Origin: Candidatus Dojkabacteria bacterium
GTDB taxonomy: Bacteria > Patescibacteriota > Dojkabacteria > B142 > WJKM01
DNA length: 64,000 bases
Reading direction: 5' to 3'
Assembly: GCA_014729085.1 (NCBI GenBank)
Contig: WJKM01000009.1
Location: 61,973 to 125,972, forward strand
Positions 19,056-28,486 of the stretch are shown piece after piece. The translations under genes were made by a program, and so were the position numbers. The notes beneath the pieces were generated by a model. That model worked only from the letters and a program-made list of their open reading frames with translations. It ran no database searches and was not told the DNA's origin. The number at the start of each line of letters is the position of its first letter. Position 1 is the first letter of the stretch.

Positions 19056-20669
19056 ATGAAAAAAACTAGAGTTATAAATATTAATAAGCAAAGGTTAAAA
19101 GGCAATCCTTCATATCTTAGAAGAAGAAGGAAGCATTCATCAGCTCCAACTCAAAGAAATAAGAGGAAAAAAGGATCCGTTCTTCAAAGATTTAACAATA
19201 CACTGAATAACCTTACTAATATTCAATTTATTTTATTGCTTTTGCTGATTGTTTCATTCTCATTTTTAGGTTTCAATATGGTATCAAGTTCATCGCATGA
19301 AACTTTCTTTAATAATATTTTAAATCCGATTACAGAAGACAAAGACTGCGAAGAGGACCTGCTTAATCCACTATGCTGGCCAAATCAGGTTGTCCCTAAA
19401 TTAAAACAAAGTAATGGATATACCAATGCTTTATTGGTAGGGATAGATACTAGGGAAGATGAAGCTGGGCTTATGAACACTGATACAATTATGGTGGCTT
19501 CCTTCAATCATACAGATGGCAAAACAATGCTTATATCTTTTCCAAGAGATTTATATTTGCCTTATTATGTAGATGGAAAGAATTCTGGATATTTTTCGAA
19601 GGTTAATTCTCTTTATGCAATTGGCGAAAGTAAGAAGAATATCGATGGGCTGACTTTTTTGAAGGAGAACATTGAAGAATGGCTTGATATGGATATACAT
19701 TATACTGGTCTAGTGAATTTTAAGACTCTTGTAGATATTGTTGATGCAGTAGGGGGTATAACAATTGAGGTTGAAGAAAATTATGAGGATATTTATCCAT
19801 ACAAAGAACTATCCGAGGAATATCAGAATAATTGTATACGTGCAAAGGATTATCCAAAATACTGTGTATTTAAATTCTCTAAAGGTATAAACAAGCTTGA
19901 TGGAGAAGATGCTTTAATATATGCACGAATGCGTCAGTATTCCTCGGATTTTGATAGAGCTAGGAGACAGCAACAGGTAATTGATGCAATTAAGCGTAAA
20001 TTTTTAAGTGGAGACGAAAACGCTATCCAAAAAGCGAAATTTGCATGGAATACTTATCAAGCATTGCTTGATGAAACAAATGTGATCTCTAACTTAGAAT
20101 ATAATGATATGATAGCAGGTTTGCTTAAAGTTGGCAGTGTTGATTTAGATCCAATTAGCGTTGTCCTAGATCCTACTTTTGGTGGGCAGGGAGCATTTAT
20201 GTATGAGACAAGAGTAGGGCAAGTACAAGATGAAGAAACGGGAGAATTGGTTGGAGGAATGTATGTTATTCAACTTCGAGACACTACTTTTTCTCAAATA
20301 AACCAAGAACTAGAGAAAGTTCGTAAGTTTCCTGAGTTATATGAAGATAATGCATCAGTAGTAATTGCGAACAAAACGGGAACTACCCTTTCGAGTTCCA
20401 ATGATGCAAAAATTTTAAAAGAAATAGATCCTTATTTTGATTTTCTAGCTTATGTAGAAGACACAAAGGAAAGCTCTTCTCAAGAATACAAAATATTTGT
20501 TTTTAATAAAGAAAAGATTGACACAGTGAATTATTTAAAAGATTATTTTTCTACTGAGAATGTTGAGTATATTGATGAATATTCAACCGAAAGCCAGACT
20601 TCATATAAAGAGGATATTAAAGTAGCTGTTTATGCTTCTCAATCAACCGATCTGAATAATGGAAATTAA
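19056..20669 (+). CDS. LCP (LytR-CpsA-Psr) family cell-wall glycopolymer ligase
   Basis: Basic N-terminal tail, TM, then LLVGID, TDTIMV, SFPRDL, LDGEDALIYARMR and SDFDRARRQQ motifs. Confidence 0.93.
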   Translation: MKKTRVININKQRLKGNPSYLRRRRKHSSAPTQRNKRKKGSVLQRFNNTLNNLTNIQFILLLLLIVSFSFLGFNMVSSSSHETFFNNILNPITEDKDCEEDLLNPLCWPNQVVPKLKQSNGYTNALLVGIDTREDEAGLMNTDTIMVASFNHTDGKTMLISFPRDLYLPYYVDGKNSGYFSKVNSLYAIGESKKNIDGLTFLKENIEEWLDMDIHYTGLVNFKTLVDIVDAVGGITIEVEENYEDIYPYKELSEEYQNNCIRAKDYPKYCVFKFSKGINKLDGEDALIYARMRQYSSDFDRARRQQQVIDAIKRKFLSGDENAIQKAKFAWNTYQALLDETNVISNLEYNDMIAGLLKVGSVDLDPISVVLDPTFGGQGAFMYETRVGQVQDEETGELVGGMYVIQLRDTTFSQINQELEKVRKFPELYEDNASVVIANKTGTTLSSSNDAKILKEIDPYFDFLAYVEDTKESSSQEYKIFVFNKEKIDTVNYLKDYFSTENVEYIDEYSTESQTSYKEDIKVAVYASQSTDLNNGN

Positions 20670-21867
20670 AAAACTAGTCAAATCATTTAAAGATCAATTC
20701 ATAATGCTTGTTGGATCTAATCTTATTGGTTTGCTTAGTCTGATTTTTGCTTTGTTGCTTCTGTATATTGGAAACAAAGGACAGTATAATCTTTACACAT
20801 CTTATACTTCTATTTTTGCGGTATTTTTAGTTCCAAGTAAGCTTATTAAAAGTTTAGCTACAACATATGGTTTAGCAGTCTTCGACAAGGTTCATAGTTT
20901 TTATAATAAATTAAACAGAAATAAATACTGGCTTTTATTATTCTTTTTAGTTTATTTAATCTTAGTTTATTTTATAACTGTTTATATAAAAGGTACTTAT
21001 TTTACAACCGCATTTTTAATTCTTACTGCTGTCTCACAGATAATTCTTCAAGTATTTATAGGAATTATTCAAAATAGAAAAAAGTTTTTTGAATCATCAA
21101 TGATTCTTATAATTCAAAGTATTGGCAAAATTATTCTAGCTTTAGTTTTATTTTATTTTGTTCTTGTAAATGGAATCTGGTTTGCTTTCTTTATGGTATC
21201 CGTTATTACAAACTTTTTTTTAATAAATAACTTTCGCAAAAAATATCAAGATAGAGTGAATAAAACCAATTCAAAAATATTCAATTCAGATATTTTGATT
21301 AATTTGTTTCTTTTAATGAGTTTAGAATTACTATTTAATTTTGATGCAATACTTGCCTCAACCAAATTAAATGCAAACGAGGCCTATATCTACAATTCAT
21401 TAGTATTAGTGAAAAAAACTCTATTTTTCAGTGTTTTTGGACTTACCCAGATTGTTTTGGCTGAATCTCGGAAAATAGAAACTAAAAAAATAAATTCTCT
21501 TATAAAGAATTTATTAATTACTGTCTTAGTTTCAGTTGCTGCGGCAATAGTATTTATTTTGTTTAAAAATATAATCTTTAAGATTATCAATTTAGATATC
21601 AATTATATGAGTTTTTACATTAAATTCATCTTTACAAGCATACTGTTTTCGGTTTTATTTATGATTGGTACATGGTTTACAAGCTTTAGAAACAAGTTTA
21701 TCAGGATTAGTTTATCTTTGTTTATATTGTTTTTTGTTTTTTATTACTTTCAAGTAGTAAAAAACCTTGAAAATATGATAGATATATTTATTTGGGGAAA
21801 TATTGTATTGATCGCTATTCAAATTGGATTAGGCGGTGTGAAATATTTAACTACAAGAAAATTATGA
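20659..21867 (+). CDS. Polytopic membrane protein, Wzx-like flippase
   Basis: About 12 hydrophobic segments; overlaps the LCP gene. Confidence 0.55.
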   Translation: MEIKKLVKSFKDQFIMLVGSNLIGLLSLIFALLLLYIGNKGQYNLYTSYTSIFAVFLVPSKLIKSLATTYGLAVFDKVHSFYNKLNRNKYWLLLFFLVYLILVYFITVYIKGTYFTTAFLILTAVSQIILQVFIGIIQNRKKFFESSMILIIQSIGKIILALVLFYFVLVNGIWFAFFMVSVITNFFLINNFRKKYQDRVNKTNSKIFNSDILINLFLLMSLELLFNFDAILASTKLNANEAYIYNSLVLVKKTLFFSVFGLTQIVLAESRKIETKKINSLIKNLLITVLVSVAAAIVFILFKNIIFKIINLDINYMSFYIKFIFTSILFSVLFMIGTWFTSFRNKFIRISLSLFILFFVFYYFQVVKNLENMIDIFIWGNIVLIAIQIGLGGVKYLTTRKL

Positions 21868-21967
21868 TTATATTTGTCGTTGCAAACTTATCTCTATGAA
21901 GACAGGTAATATTTTATACTACTTCGAATTTCTCTTATAATCTAAGAAAATCATAAATATAATTTTA

Positions 21968-22525
21968 ATGAAATATCTAGAATTAACTAAACAATTTATT
22001 AAGTCAAAGGCGGATGAAAAGGGAAAGAAAATAGATCATCTACAAAATACACTTCATTGGGTTAAACAATTAGATCCTCAAGCAGATGAAGCATTGCAAA
22101 TTGCTGCCTTTGCCCATGATGTCTCTAGGCTTGTATTAGGTGTTGACATAAGTGAACTGAAGGAAAATAAAAAAGGTTTTCTGGATGTCGAACATATGCG
22201 AGAGCATCAAGAAAAAGGAGCAGAGATTATCACAAAATATTTATTAGAAAAAGGTGCGGATAAAGAGTTTGTTAGCGATGTTGGACAGTTAATTTCTTTT
22301 CATGAGGTGGGTGGAACTCCAAGAGCAGATATTTTGAAAGATGCAGATAGTATAAGTTTTTTCGAAACAAACGCAGAGGATTTCATTAAAAAATTTGTTC
22401 CCTTAGTAGGTAAAGAAAAAGTTGAAGACAAGATAACGTGGATGTTCGCAAGAATAAGTTTGGATAAAGCTAGAGATATTGTACGGGATATGTATAAGGA
22501 GTGCATTAAGAAATGTAGAAAATAG
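21968..22525 (+). CDS. HD-domain protein (DUF4202-like)
   Basis: H..NT..W, AAFAHD, HE and LKDADSISFF motifs. Confidence 0.8.
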   Translation: MKYLELTKQFIKSKADEKGKKIDHLQNTLHWVKQLDPQADEALQIAAFAHDVSRLVLGVDISELKENKKGFLDVEHMREHQEKGAEIITKYLLEKGADKEFVSDVGQLISFHEVGGTPRADILKDADSISFFETNAEDFIKKFVPLVGKEKVEDKITWMFARISLDKARDIVRDMYKECIKKCRK

Positions 22526-22546
22526 ATCTGGGGGAAATTTGAGATT

Positions 22547-22622
22547 CATATGCTCGCTCTCCCAGCGAGTACGTTAGAGACCACTCTGTCATTTGTCCAT
22601 TAATCCAGATTGGATATTTTAA
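22547..22622 (-). pseudogene. Decayed copy of the 5' half of tRNA-Ser(GGA) plus its upstream flank
   Basis: ctcgctctcccagcgagtacgttagagaccactctgtcatttgtccatt...tggatatttt aligns with 24364-24438 (ctcgctctccaagcgagcgcgttagaccactctgccatctctccatt...tggatatttt). The T-arm and 3' acceptor strand are missing. Confidence 0.85.
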
Positions 22623-22744
22623 TCTCAATTTATTAGATTTAAAATTTGAAGATTGTATTAAAGACTATTTAGCGTTTAGTTAGTTATTCTATACAGATTC
22701 TTTAAAATTTTTCTAAAATATGGGCTGGTTAATATGCCTATATT

Positions 22745-23734
22745 TTATGGTTCTTCTGTCTGTGTACGTTCTTTAATATAATTTTTAACATCTATATTTT
22801 TTACTCTCATTCCTGCTGTCAATGAACAGAAACTATTTTTCCCATACATTGTATTTGAAGCAACTGCTGGACCGAGATATTCACAATTTGGGTTGCATAT
22901 AAATAGACCACCTCCACTGTCACCCTGTTGGAATGCATTTGTAGTGAATGAGTTCTCAAATGTTTCGCAAAGTGAGATATCGCCTTCTAGAAGTTGATCG
23001 TATAACTTTACTGTGGTAGTAACATCATCTAAGTTAGTAACATCATCTGGTAGAGGTGCTAGGCATATAAGTCTATCGTCATCCGGGAGCATATTTTCGG
23101 AACCTGAAAATTGGAGGCAAGTATCATCCGGCAAAGTTATAAATTCTTTTATTTCTTTAGGAGATTTAGATTCATATTCTTCACCTCTGTCTTGATTATG
23201 GATAGCTAGATAGACAAGTTCCCCAGGTTGTAAATTTCCTTCAGATACATCGACGGTTGGTGCATTGGGCATTTCCATTTGCGTAAAAGCTACGTCATAC
23301 CAAATTTTGGACCAGTCGTCATGATGGATTATATGTGTATTGAGAAATGTATTATTCTGAAATTTTACATAATCTTTTGATCTGTATTTTTGCTCATTAC
23401 CTGGACGAGAGTCTACTGCACTACAGTGTGCTGCAGTAATTCCATAGGCTTGGTCTTCCAAACTTTCAGCTATAACTCCCTGGCAGCCATGATAGTATTC
23501 CAAAGGTTCGCCTCTCTGATCTCCGAGTGAAATTGTTGCTTCCCATGGAATTGGCGGATCAGATGATAAAACAGTTTCATCAAATGGAGAATTTAAATCC
23601 CTTGGTGTTGGATCCGGCCTTATTGATTCATCTTCTGTAGACAGCGTTGTAGGTTGATCACATCCGCTTAATAGTAGCATTGTTATTAAACCTATAGGTA
23701 GCCCCAAACGTTTTAAAAAGTTTTCTTGTTCCAT
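22745..23734 (-). CDS. Trypsin-like (S1) serine protease lipoprotein
   Basis: Lipobox LLSGC; triad motifs ITAAHC, DVA and GDSGGG. Confidence 0.8.
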   Translation of the reverse strand: MEQENFLKRLGLPIGLITMLLLSGCDQPTTLSTEDESIRPDPTPRDLNSPFDETVLSSDPPIPWEATISLGDQRGEPLEYYHGCQGVIAESLEDQAYGITAAHCSAVDSRPGNEQKYRSKDYVKFQNNTFLNTHIIHHDDWSKIWYDVAFTQMEMPNAPTVDVSEGNLQPGELVYLAIHNQDRGEEYESKSPKEIKEFITLPDDTCLQFSGSENMLPDDDRLICLAPLPDDVTNLDDVTTTVKLYDQLLEGDISLCETFENSFTTNAFQQGDSGGGLFICNPNCEYLGPAVASNTMYGKNSFCSLTAGMRVKNIDVKNYIKERTQTEEP

Positions 23735-23914
23735 ATAGTTTGATAAATGTATATGAAAAATAAGTTTTGCATTATATCACAAAGATATATTAGTTGTATG
23801 CGAAAGTGCTTACCAAATTAAGGTGATACTCTAATAGGAAAATATGAAAGTATGAGGAGAAACAATGTATCATATTTAGCTTTTAAAGCATAAAATAAAG
23901 AATATTATTCAATA

Positions 23915-24200
23915 GAGGTTTAGGTTAAGGAAAGAATAAAATTAAGGGAATTTTGAGGAAATGTCTGGGTAGGGATAGAGGTAAGCTTTGAGGAGAGCAC
24001 TTTACTTCATTAAGAAAATGCAACTAGCCTGCCTTGGGCAGGATATTTTCTAAATTTAGCATCCTAATTCTTAAGCTCTATCTTCATCTTCATCTTCATC
24101 TTCATCTTAACCTTATTTTGCCTTTGGAAAATAGACGAATGAGAAATAATCAGAAAAGTGGAAGGTTAAGAAAAAGTTTAAGATTAAGGGAATTTTGAGA
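23915..24200. repeat. Low-complexity hexamer-periodic tract with a 17-nt direct repeat and a small GC hairpin
   Basis: (TCTTCA)4-TCTTAA at 24081-24110; ATTAAGGGAATTTTGAG at both 23941 and 24183; CCTGCC-ttg-GGCAGG at 24028-24042. Confidence 0.75.
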
Positions 24201-24233
24201 AATTATTGAGTCAGACTTTGTAAAAGCAAAATT

Positions 24234-24302
24234 CGGAGAGAGGGGGATTTCCCGTACAAATCTCATTTCATTCAATTTTACGGGACAGGCTTCTCATCCC
24301 CC
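24234..24302 (-). repeat. tRNA-linked repeat: duplicated tRNA-Ser 3' end with an inserted hairpin
   Basis: 24234-24249 is identical (16 nt) to 24327-24342. Nested stems: GGGGGAT/ATCCCCC and TCCCGTA/TACGGGA. Confidence 0.85.
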
Positions 24303-24326
24303 TAGTAATTTATTGCTAAAGCGAAA

Positions 24327-24413
24327 CGGAGAGAGGGGGATTCGAACCCCCGATGAGCTTCCGCCCATACTCGCTCTCCAAGCGAGCGCGTTAGACCACT
24401 CTGCCATCTCTCC
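24327..24413 (-). tRNA. tRNA-Ser (GGA), CCA not encoded
   Basis: Cloverleaf: acceptor GGAGAGA/TCTCTCC, anticodon arm CTCGC-TTGGAGA-GCGAG, long variable arm, T-arm GGGGG-TTCGAAT-CCCCC. Confidence 0.97.
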
Positions 24414-24775
24414 ATTCATTTATACTGGATATTTTATCAGATAATTAGGAGATTACATAAAATTAAAGTTGAAAACTTTTCTATTTCTCATATTCCTTGG
24501 TAAATAGACATTTGATGTCATTATATATTAATGATAATAAACAGATACGCACAATAGCTATAGATATAGTTCTGGTATTATCCCAGAAGATTATTATGGA
24601 TCATTGAGTTGACACAAGAGTAAGGAGCTATTTAAGAATAACAAGCATAAAATTGTTTTAGATTAAAAATATATACCTATTGAATAGCATGTAGAATGAG
24701 TGATTATTAATTAATATAAAAAGATAGACTAGTAGCATTATCATTCAAAAGGATCCATGTTATACTATTTCCAAC

Positions 24776-25915
24776 ATGGGTAATCAAGCTGCTAATAATC
24801 AAGAACCACTTTTTACAATCTCTCTAGACTTACAGGGAAAAGATACGCGTATTTCTTTAGGGTGCATATTTTCTATTTCAATTGTAGTAACCAGCTTTGT
24901 AACTTTTTTTATATTGGCAATTATTACATTAGTTATTCCAGGTTTATCAAAAATTCCTTTAATTCCTACCTTAATAATACTTTGCTTTACTAATACAATT
25001 TCTCTTGTTTTTTTATATAGCTCAATTAAAAAAGGAGTAAAGAATTCTTACATAGCTTTTTATAATAATTATGTATTTGAACATAAAGAGATATATTTGA
25101 TTCCTTTTGCAAAGCCTAAGATAGAAGAGTTATCAATACTATACTCCCAGATTACTAATATCGAAATAGAAAATGAAAAAGTTTTTACGATATACTCCCA
25201 TTATCCTTCAAAGATTACTATATTCTCTTCTAACGCAAACCAAGTATATAATTGGATTATAGGAGTTTTATCTCAAAATAAAACATTTTATTCAGTTATT
25301 GATCAAACTCAACATTTGTTAAGTTATTCCTATTCTTTACCTAATGGATATTTTTTTCAAAAAGATATGAGTAGCCAGGAGTGGACGGCGAAAGTTCGTT
25401 CTGGGGGGGCGGGTAGGATATATGATATCTATAATACTAACAGTACTCATCCAGTAGCTTATATTAAGTTCCCAATCAATATGAATGTTGGTATTGATTT
25501 TTTTTTATATAGTATAAAAGATAATAACTTATTGTACTGGGGAAATTTTCATCAACAATCAAGTTTACATATTGGATTAACGCATAAAGTACAGACTTAT
25601 TCTATATATTTTGGAAATGGAATGTGTTTAGCATTGGGGAAGATGAACTCAACACAGTTTATAATTGGAAAAGAAGATTATGAAATCCAACTTGGAACAG
25701 ATTTGATTACATATAGAGGTAAAGATTTAGCTTTAAAAGAGGCGGGAGAAATAAAGATTAATAATATACCTAGATATAGAATCATTACAAATAATATTTT
25801 AAGTGAAATTAAAGCTACTTCATCAACGTCTCCAATCCCTTTTAGATTATTTTCTGTATTAGTAATGGGTATTACAGCTCAAAAAGAAATGAAATCTGAC
25901 GAAAATAAGCATTAA
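24776..25915 (+). CDS. Hypothetical membrane protein (two TM plus beta-rich soluble domains)
   Basis: 379-aa ORF with two N-terminal TM helices; no family recognised with confidence. Confidence 0.65.
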   Translation: MGNQAANNQEPLFTISLDLQGKDTRISLGCIFSISIVVTSFVTFFILAIITLVIPGLSKIPLIPTLIILCFTNTISLVFLYSSIKKGVKNSYIAFYNNYVFEHKEIYLIPFAKPKIEELSILYSQITNIEIENEKVFTIYSHYPSKITIFSSNANQVYNWIIGVLSQNKTFYSVIDQTQHLLSYSYSLPNGYFFQKDMSSQEWTAKVRSGGAGRIYDIYNTNSTHPVAYIKFPINMNVGIDFFLYSIKDNNLLYWGNFHQQSSLHIGLTHKVQTYSIYFGNGMCLALGKMNSTQFIIGKEDYEIQLGTDLITYRGKDLALKEAGEIKINNIPRYRIITNNILSEIKATSSTSPIPFRLFSVLVMGITAQKEMKSDENKH

Positions 25916-26011
25916 AAGGTTTGATCTTGAAACTATTTTTTTAATTTATGCTAAATCGATTTTGATTTATTGTATAATTCATCGGTATTTTGAATAAATA
26001 AAATAAAAATC

Positions 26012-27265
26012 ATGAATAAACAAGAAGAAAAAAAATCTGAACTAGTAGCAATCCTTCCTGATGATACAGATTGCAGTTTTACTCAACTTAAAAAGAAACT
26101 ACAGCAGTCCCGGTATTTTGCTAACTCAATTATAGAAAATGATATAGATAATGAGGATGTGAAATTTGCCTATAAAATAATCATTGACAATGAGAATTTT
26201 AAGCAAGTATATAAGATTGAATACCATGCTCGTAAATATCCAACGAACTATCATTATGTTCCTCATGACATTACCAAGGCTGAAGTTAAGAATGCTAAGA
26301 ATTCAAAACGCTATTTGTTAATTAAAACTGATTTTCAAAGAGATCCCCTTGTTGACTTTTTTAATCAAATAAAACTACTTGTAACAATAGTTCCTGATGT
26401 AATTTTGATTAAAGATTTAAGTGCGATACAGTTGTTATCTGGTGATTGGGCACGAGATGTGTTTGAAAATGACATTCCTCCTTCTCCACAACGAATGTTT
26501 TCTATACATGGAGTACAACAGGATGATGAAGTATGGCTCCATACACATGGACTCGAAAGGTGCGGACTCAAGGATGTCGAAATATTAGGGGTACCAAAGG
26601 AAGGATATGAAAGAGTAGGGGATTTATTAAATACTATAGTTCAAATGATCATTGACTCGGAACCACCTGTAGAAGGTGAGCCTATTACTGTAGCAAACAA
26701 TATTAAAATAGTTTTTTTGAAATGGAAAAAAGCAATAAAACATCTACAAAATATTAAACTTGGAGGAAAGGAAGATAGGGAAGAAAACCATAGCAGAGAT
26801 AACTTAGTTATAATGTTGCCAGATACTAAAACTATGCTTGGATGGAAGTATAAATCTCCAAAAGAACTATCTAAGAAGTTGGATTCAAATCCTGTGTTTT
26901 ATATTACAGTTAGTGAGACTAAAAGGATGGAAGAATTAGCAAGGAGAAAATTTGAATTATTTACACAGTATTTCAAAAAGTATAAAAAGAACAACGACTG
27001 GAAATTCAGTGTAAAGCTAGGATTTTTAGTCGATAATAATAAGGATAAGAATGACAAAGAGCACCTTTGGTTTAAAGTAGTAAGTATTAATGAAGAGAAT
27101 ATTGAAGGAAAATTGCTAAATGAACCCTATGATATTAAAAGTTTGCATAAAGGAAAAAATTATACCTATACAATTAATACTCTTACGGACTGGTTAATTG
27201 TATCTCCATTTGGGAATTACACCCCAGACAATATTTATGATCTTTTACGTAAACAAAAATTGTAA
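26012..27265 (+). CDS. DUF4026 + DUF2314 (YegJ-like) domain protein
   Basis: WLHTHGLERCG...EI and C-terminal EHLWF...GKLLNEP...DW motifs. Confidence 0.75.
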   Translation: MNKQEEKKSELVAILPDDTDCSFTQLKKKLQQSRYFANSIIENDIDNEDVKFAYKIIIDNENFKQVYKIEYHARKYPTNYHYVPHDITKAEVKNAKNSKRYLLIKTDFQRDPLVDFFNQIKLLVTIVPDVILIKDLSAIQLLSGDWARDVFENDIPPSPQRMFSIHGVQQDDEVWLHTHGLERCGLKDVEILGVPKEGYERVGDLLNTIVQMIIDSEPPVEGEPITVANNIKIVFLKWKKAIKHLQNIKLGGKEDREENHSRDNLVIMLPDTKTMLGWKYKSPKELSKKLDSNPVFYITVSETKRMEELARRKFELFTQYFKKYKKNNDWKFSVKLGFLVDNNKDKNDKEHLWFKVVSINEENIEGKLLNEPYDIKSLHKGKNYTYTINTLTDWLIVSPFGNYTPDNIYDLLRKQKL

Positions 27266-27556
27266 TCATTTACAAAGTCCATCCAATATATATCATAAAC
27301 TTTAAATGATCTTTATTCCACTATTCCTTTGTTCCTGTGACTACAGTAGTCTTGAAATATCTATTTGTATATGTAAGACTGTAATATAAATCAAGTAACA
27401 AATTAATGTCTATGCTAAATAGAAATTAATATAATGATCGTACAACAAATAAAAAATTACCAGTACTGATAGTTGAGAAATTTTACGTCTTTTAATTGAA
27501 GAGTAGGTAGGCTATTCGATTTGACAAAATTTAATAATAAGATTTAATCAAAAGAT

Positions 27557-28396
27557 ATGGCTAATATCGTTATTTCAAAACCAAATAAATTCAAACATAA
27601 AGTTGAACAATTTATTAAGGATGGAAAAGATAATTTACATATAATCTCAGATTGCGATCGAACTTTAACAAAATGTGTAATTGATGGAGTAAATATGCCT
27701 GCTTTAATACAGATGATTTCACTCCAAGAAAGTTTCAATTGTGATTATTCGAAAAAAGCCGAGGCTTTATTTAAAAAATATCATCCGCTTGAATTGGATG
27801 ATAAAATTTCCCAAGAACGCAAGAATGAATATATGCACGAATGGTGGAGCAAACACTATGCTTTGCTTATAAAGTGTGGTCTGAATAGAACTATAATAGA
27901 AAGAATCATAAGTAAATATGAAGATGTGTTTAGGAAATATGTTTTGGAGTTCTTGAGTCTACTTAATCAGAATGAAGTTCCTTTATTGATTTTTTCTTCT
28001 GGACTTGGGGATTTAATTACTGGTTTTCTGGAAAAAGAGGAAAGCTTATACCAAAATATCACAATTGTATCCAACTTTTTTAATTTCAATAATAAAGATG
28101 AGGTTATTGGGTTAAAATCTGAGATTGTACATGTATTTAATAAGTTTGACATCAAAAAGCATGCGTCAGAATATATTAAGAAAACCAAAGAAAGAACAAA
28201 TATAATTTTAATTGGTGATTCAATGGGAGATCTAAGAATGACTGAACAGCTTGAATTTGAAAATATTATTAGAATTGGTTTTTTAAATGAGGATGTAGAT
28301 AAAAAGATAAAAAAATATGAAGAAGAATATGATCTAGTATTATTTCAAAATTCTAGCTTTAAACCCATTTTGTCTTTATTAAAGCAAATATCTTAA
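27557..28396 (+). CDS. Cytosolic 5'-nucleotidase III / UMPH-1 family HAD
   Basis: IISDCDRTLT, MHEWW, IFSSGLGD, IVSNF, HVFNK, ILIGDSMGDLRM and IGFLNE motifs, colinear with NT5C3. Confidence 0.88.
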   Translation: MANIVISKPNKFKHKVEQFIKDGKDNLHIISDCDRTLTKCVIDGVNMPALIQMISLQESFNCDYSKKAEALFKKYHPLELDDKISQERKNEYMHEWWSKHYALLIKCGLNRTIIERIISKYEDVFRKYVLEFLSLLNQNEVPLLIFSSGLGDLITGFLEKEESLYQNITIVSNFFNFNNKDEVIGLKSEIVHVFNKFDIKKHASEYIKKTKERTNIILIGDSMGDLRMTEQLEFENIIRIGFLNEDVDKKIKKYEEEYDLVLFQNSSFKPILSLLKQIS

Positions 28397-28486
28397 TGTA
28401 TGTAAGTTATTTGTTTATAAGTTTGTAATACAAAATCAGGACATACTTAATAAAATTAAATATGCCCTGTTAACAAAATTTATTAG

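Noticed and set aside
22531-24438. Prophage or ICE at tRNA-Ser
   Set aside because: No integrase, phage or conjugation genes; only one cargo gene.
27306-27389. 27-aa Cys-containing sORF MIFIPLFLCSCDYSSLEISICICKTVI
   Set aside because: No ribosome-binding site or homology cue; expected by chance.
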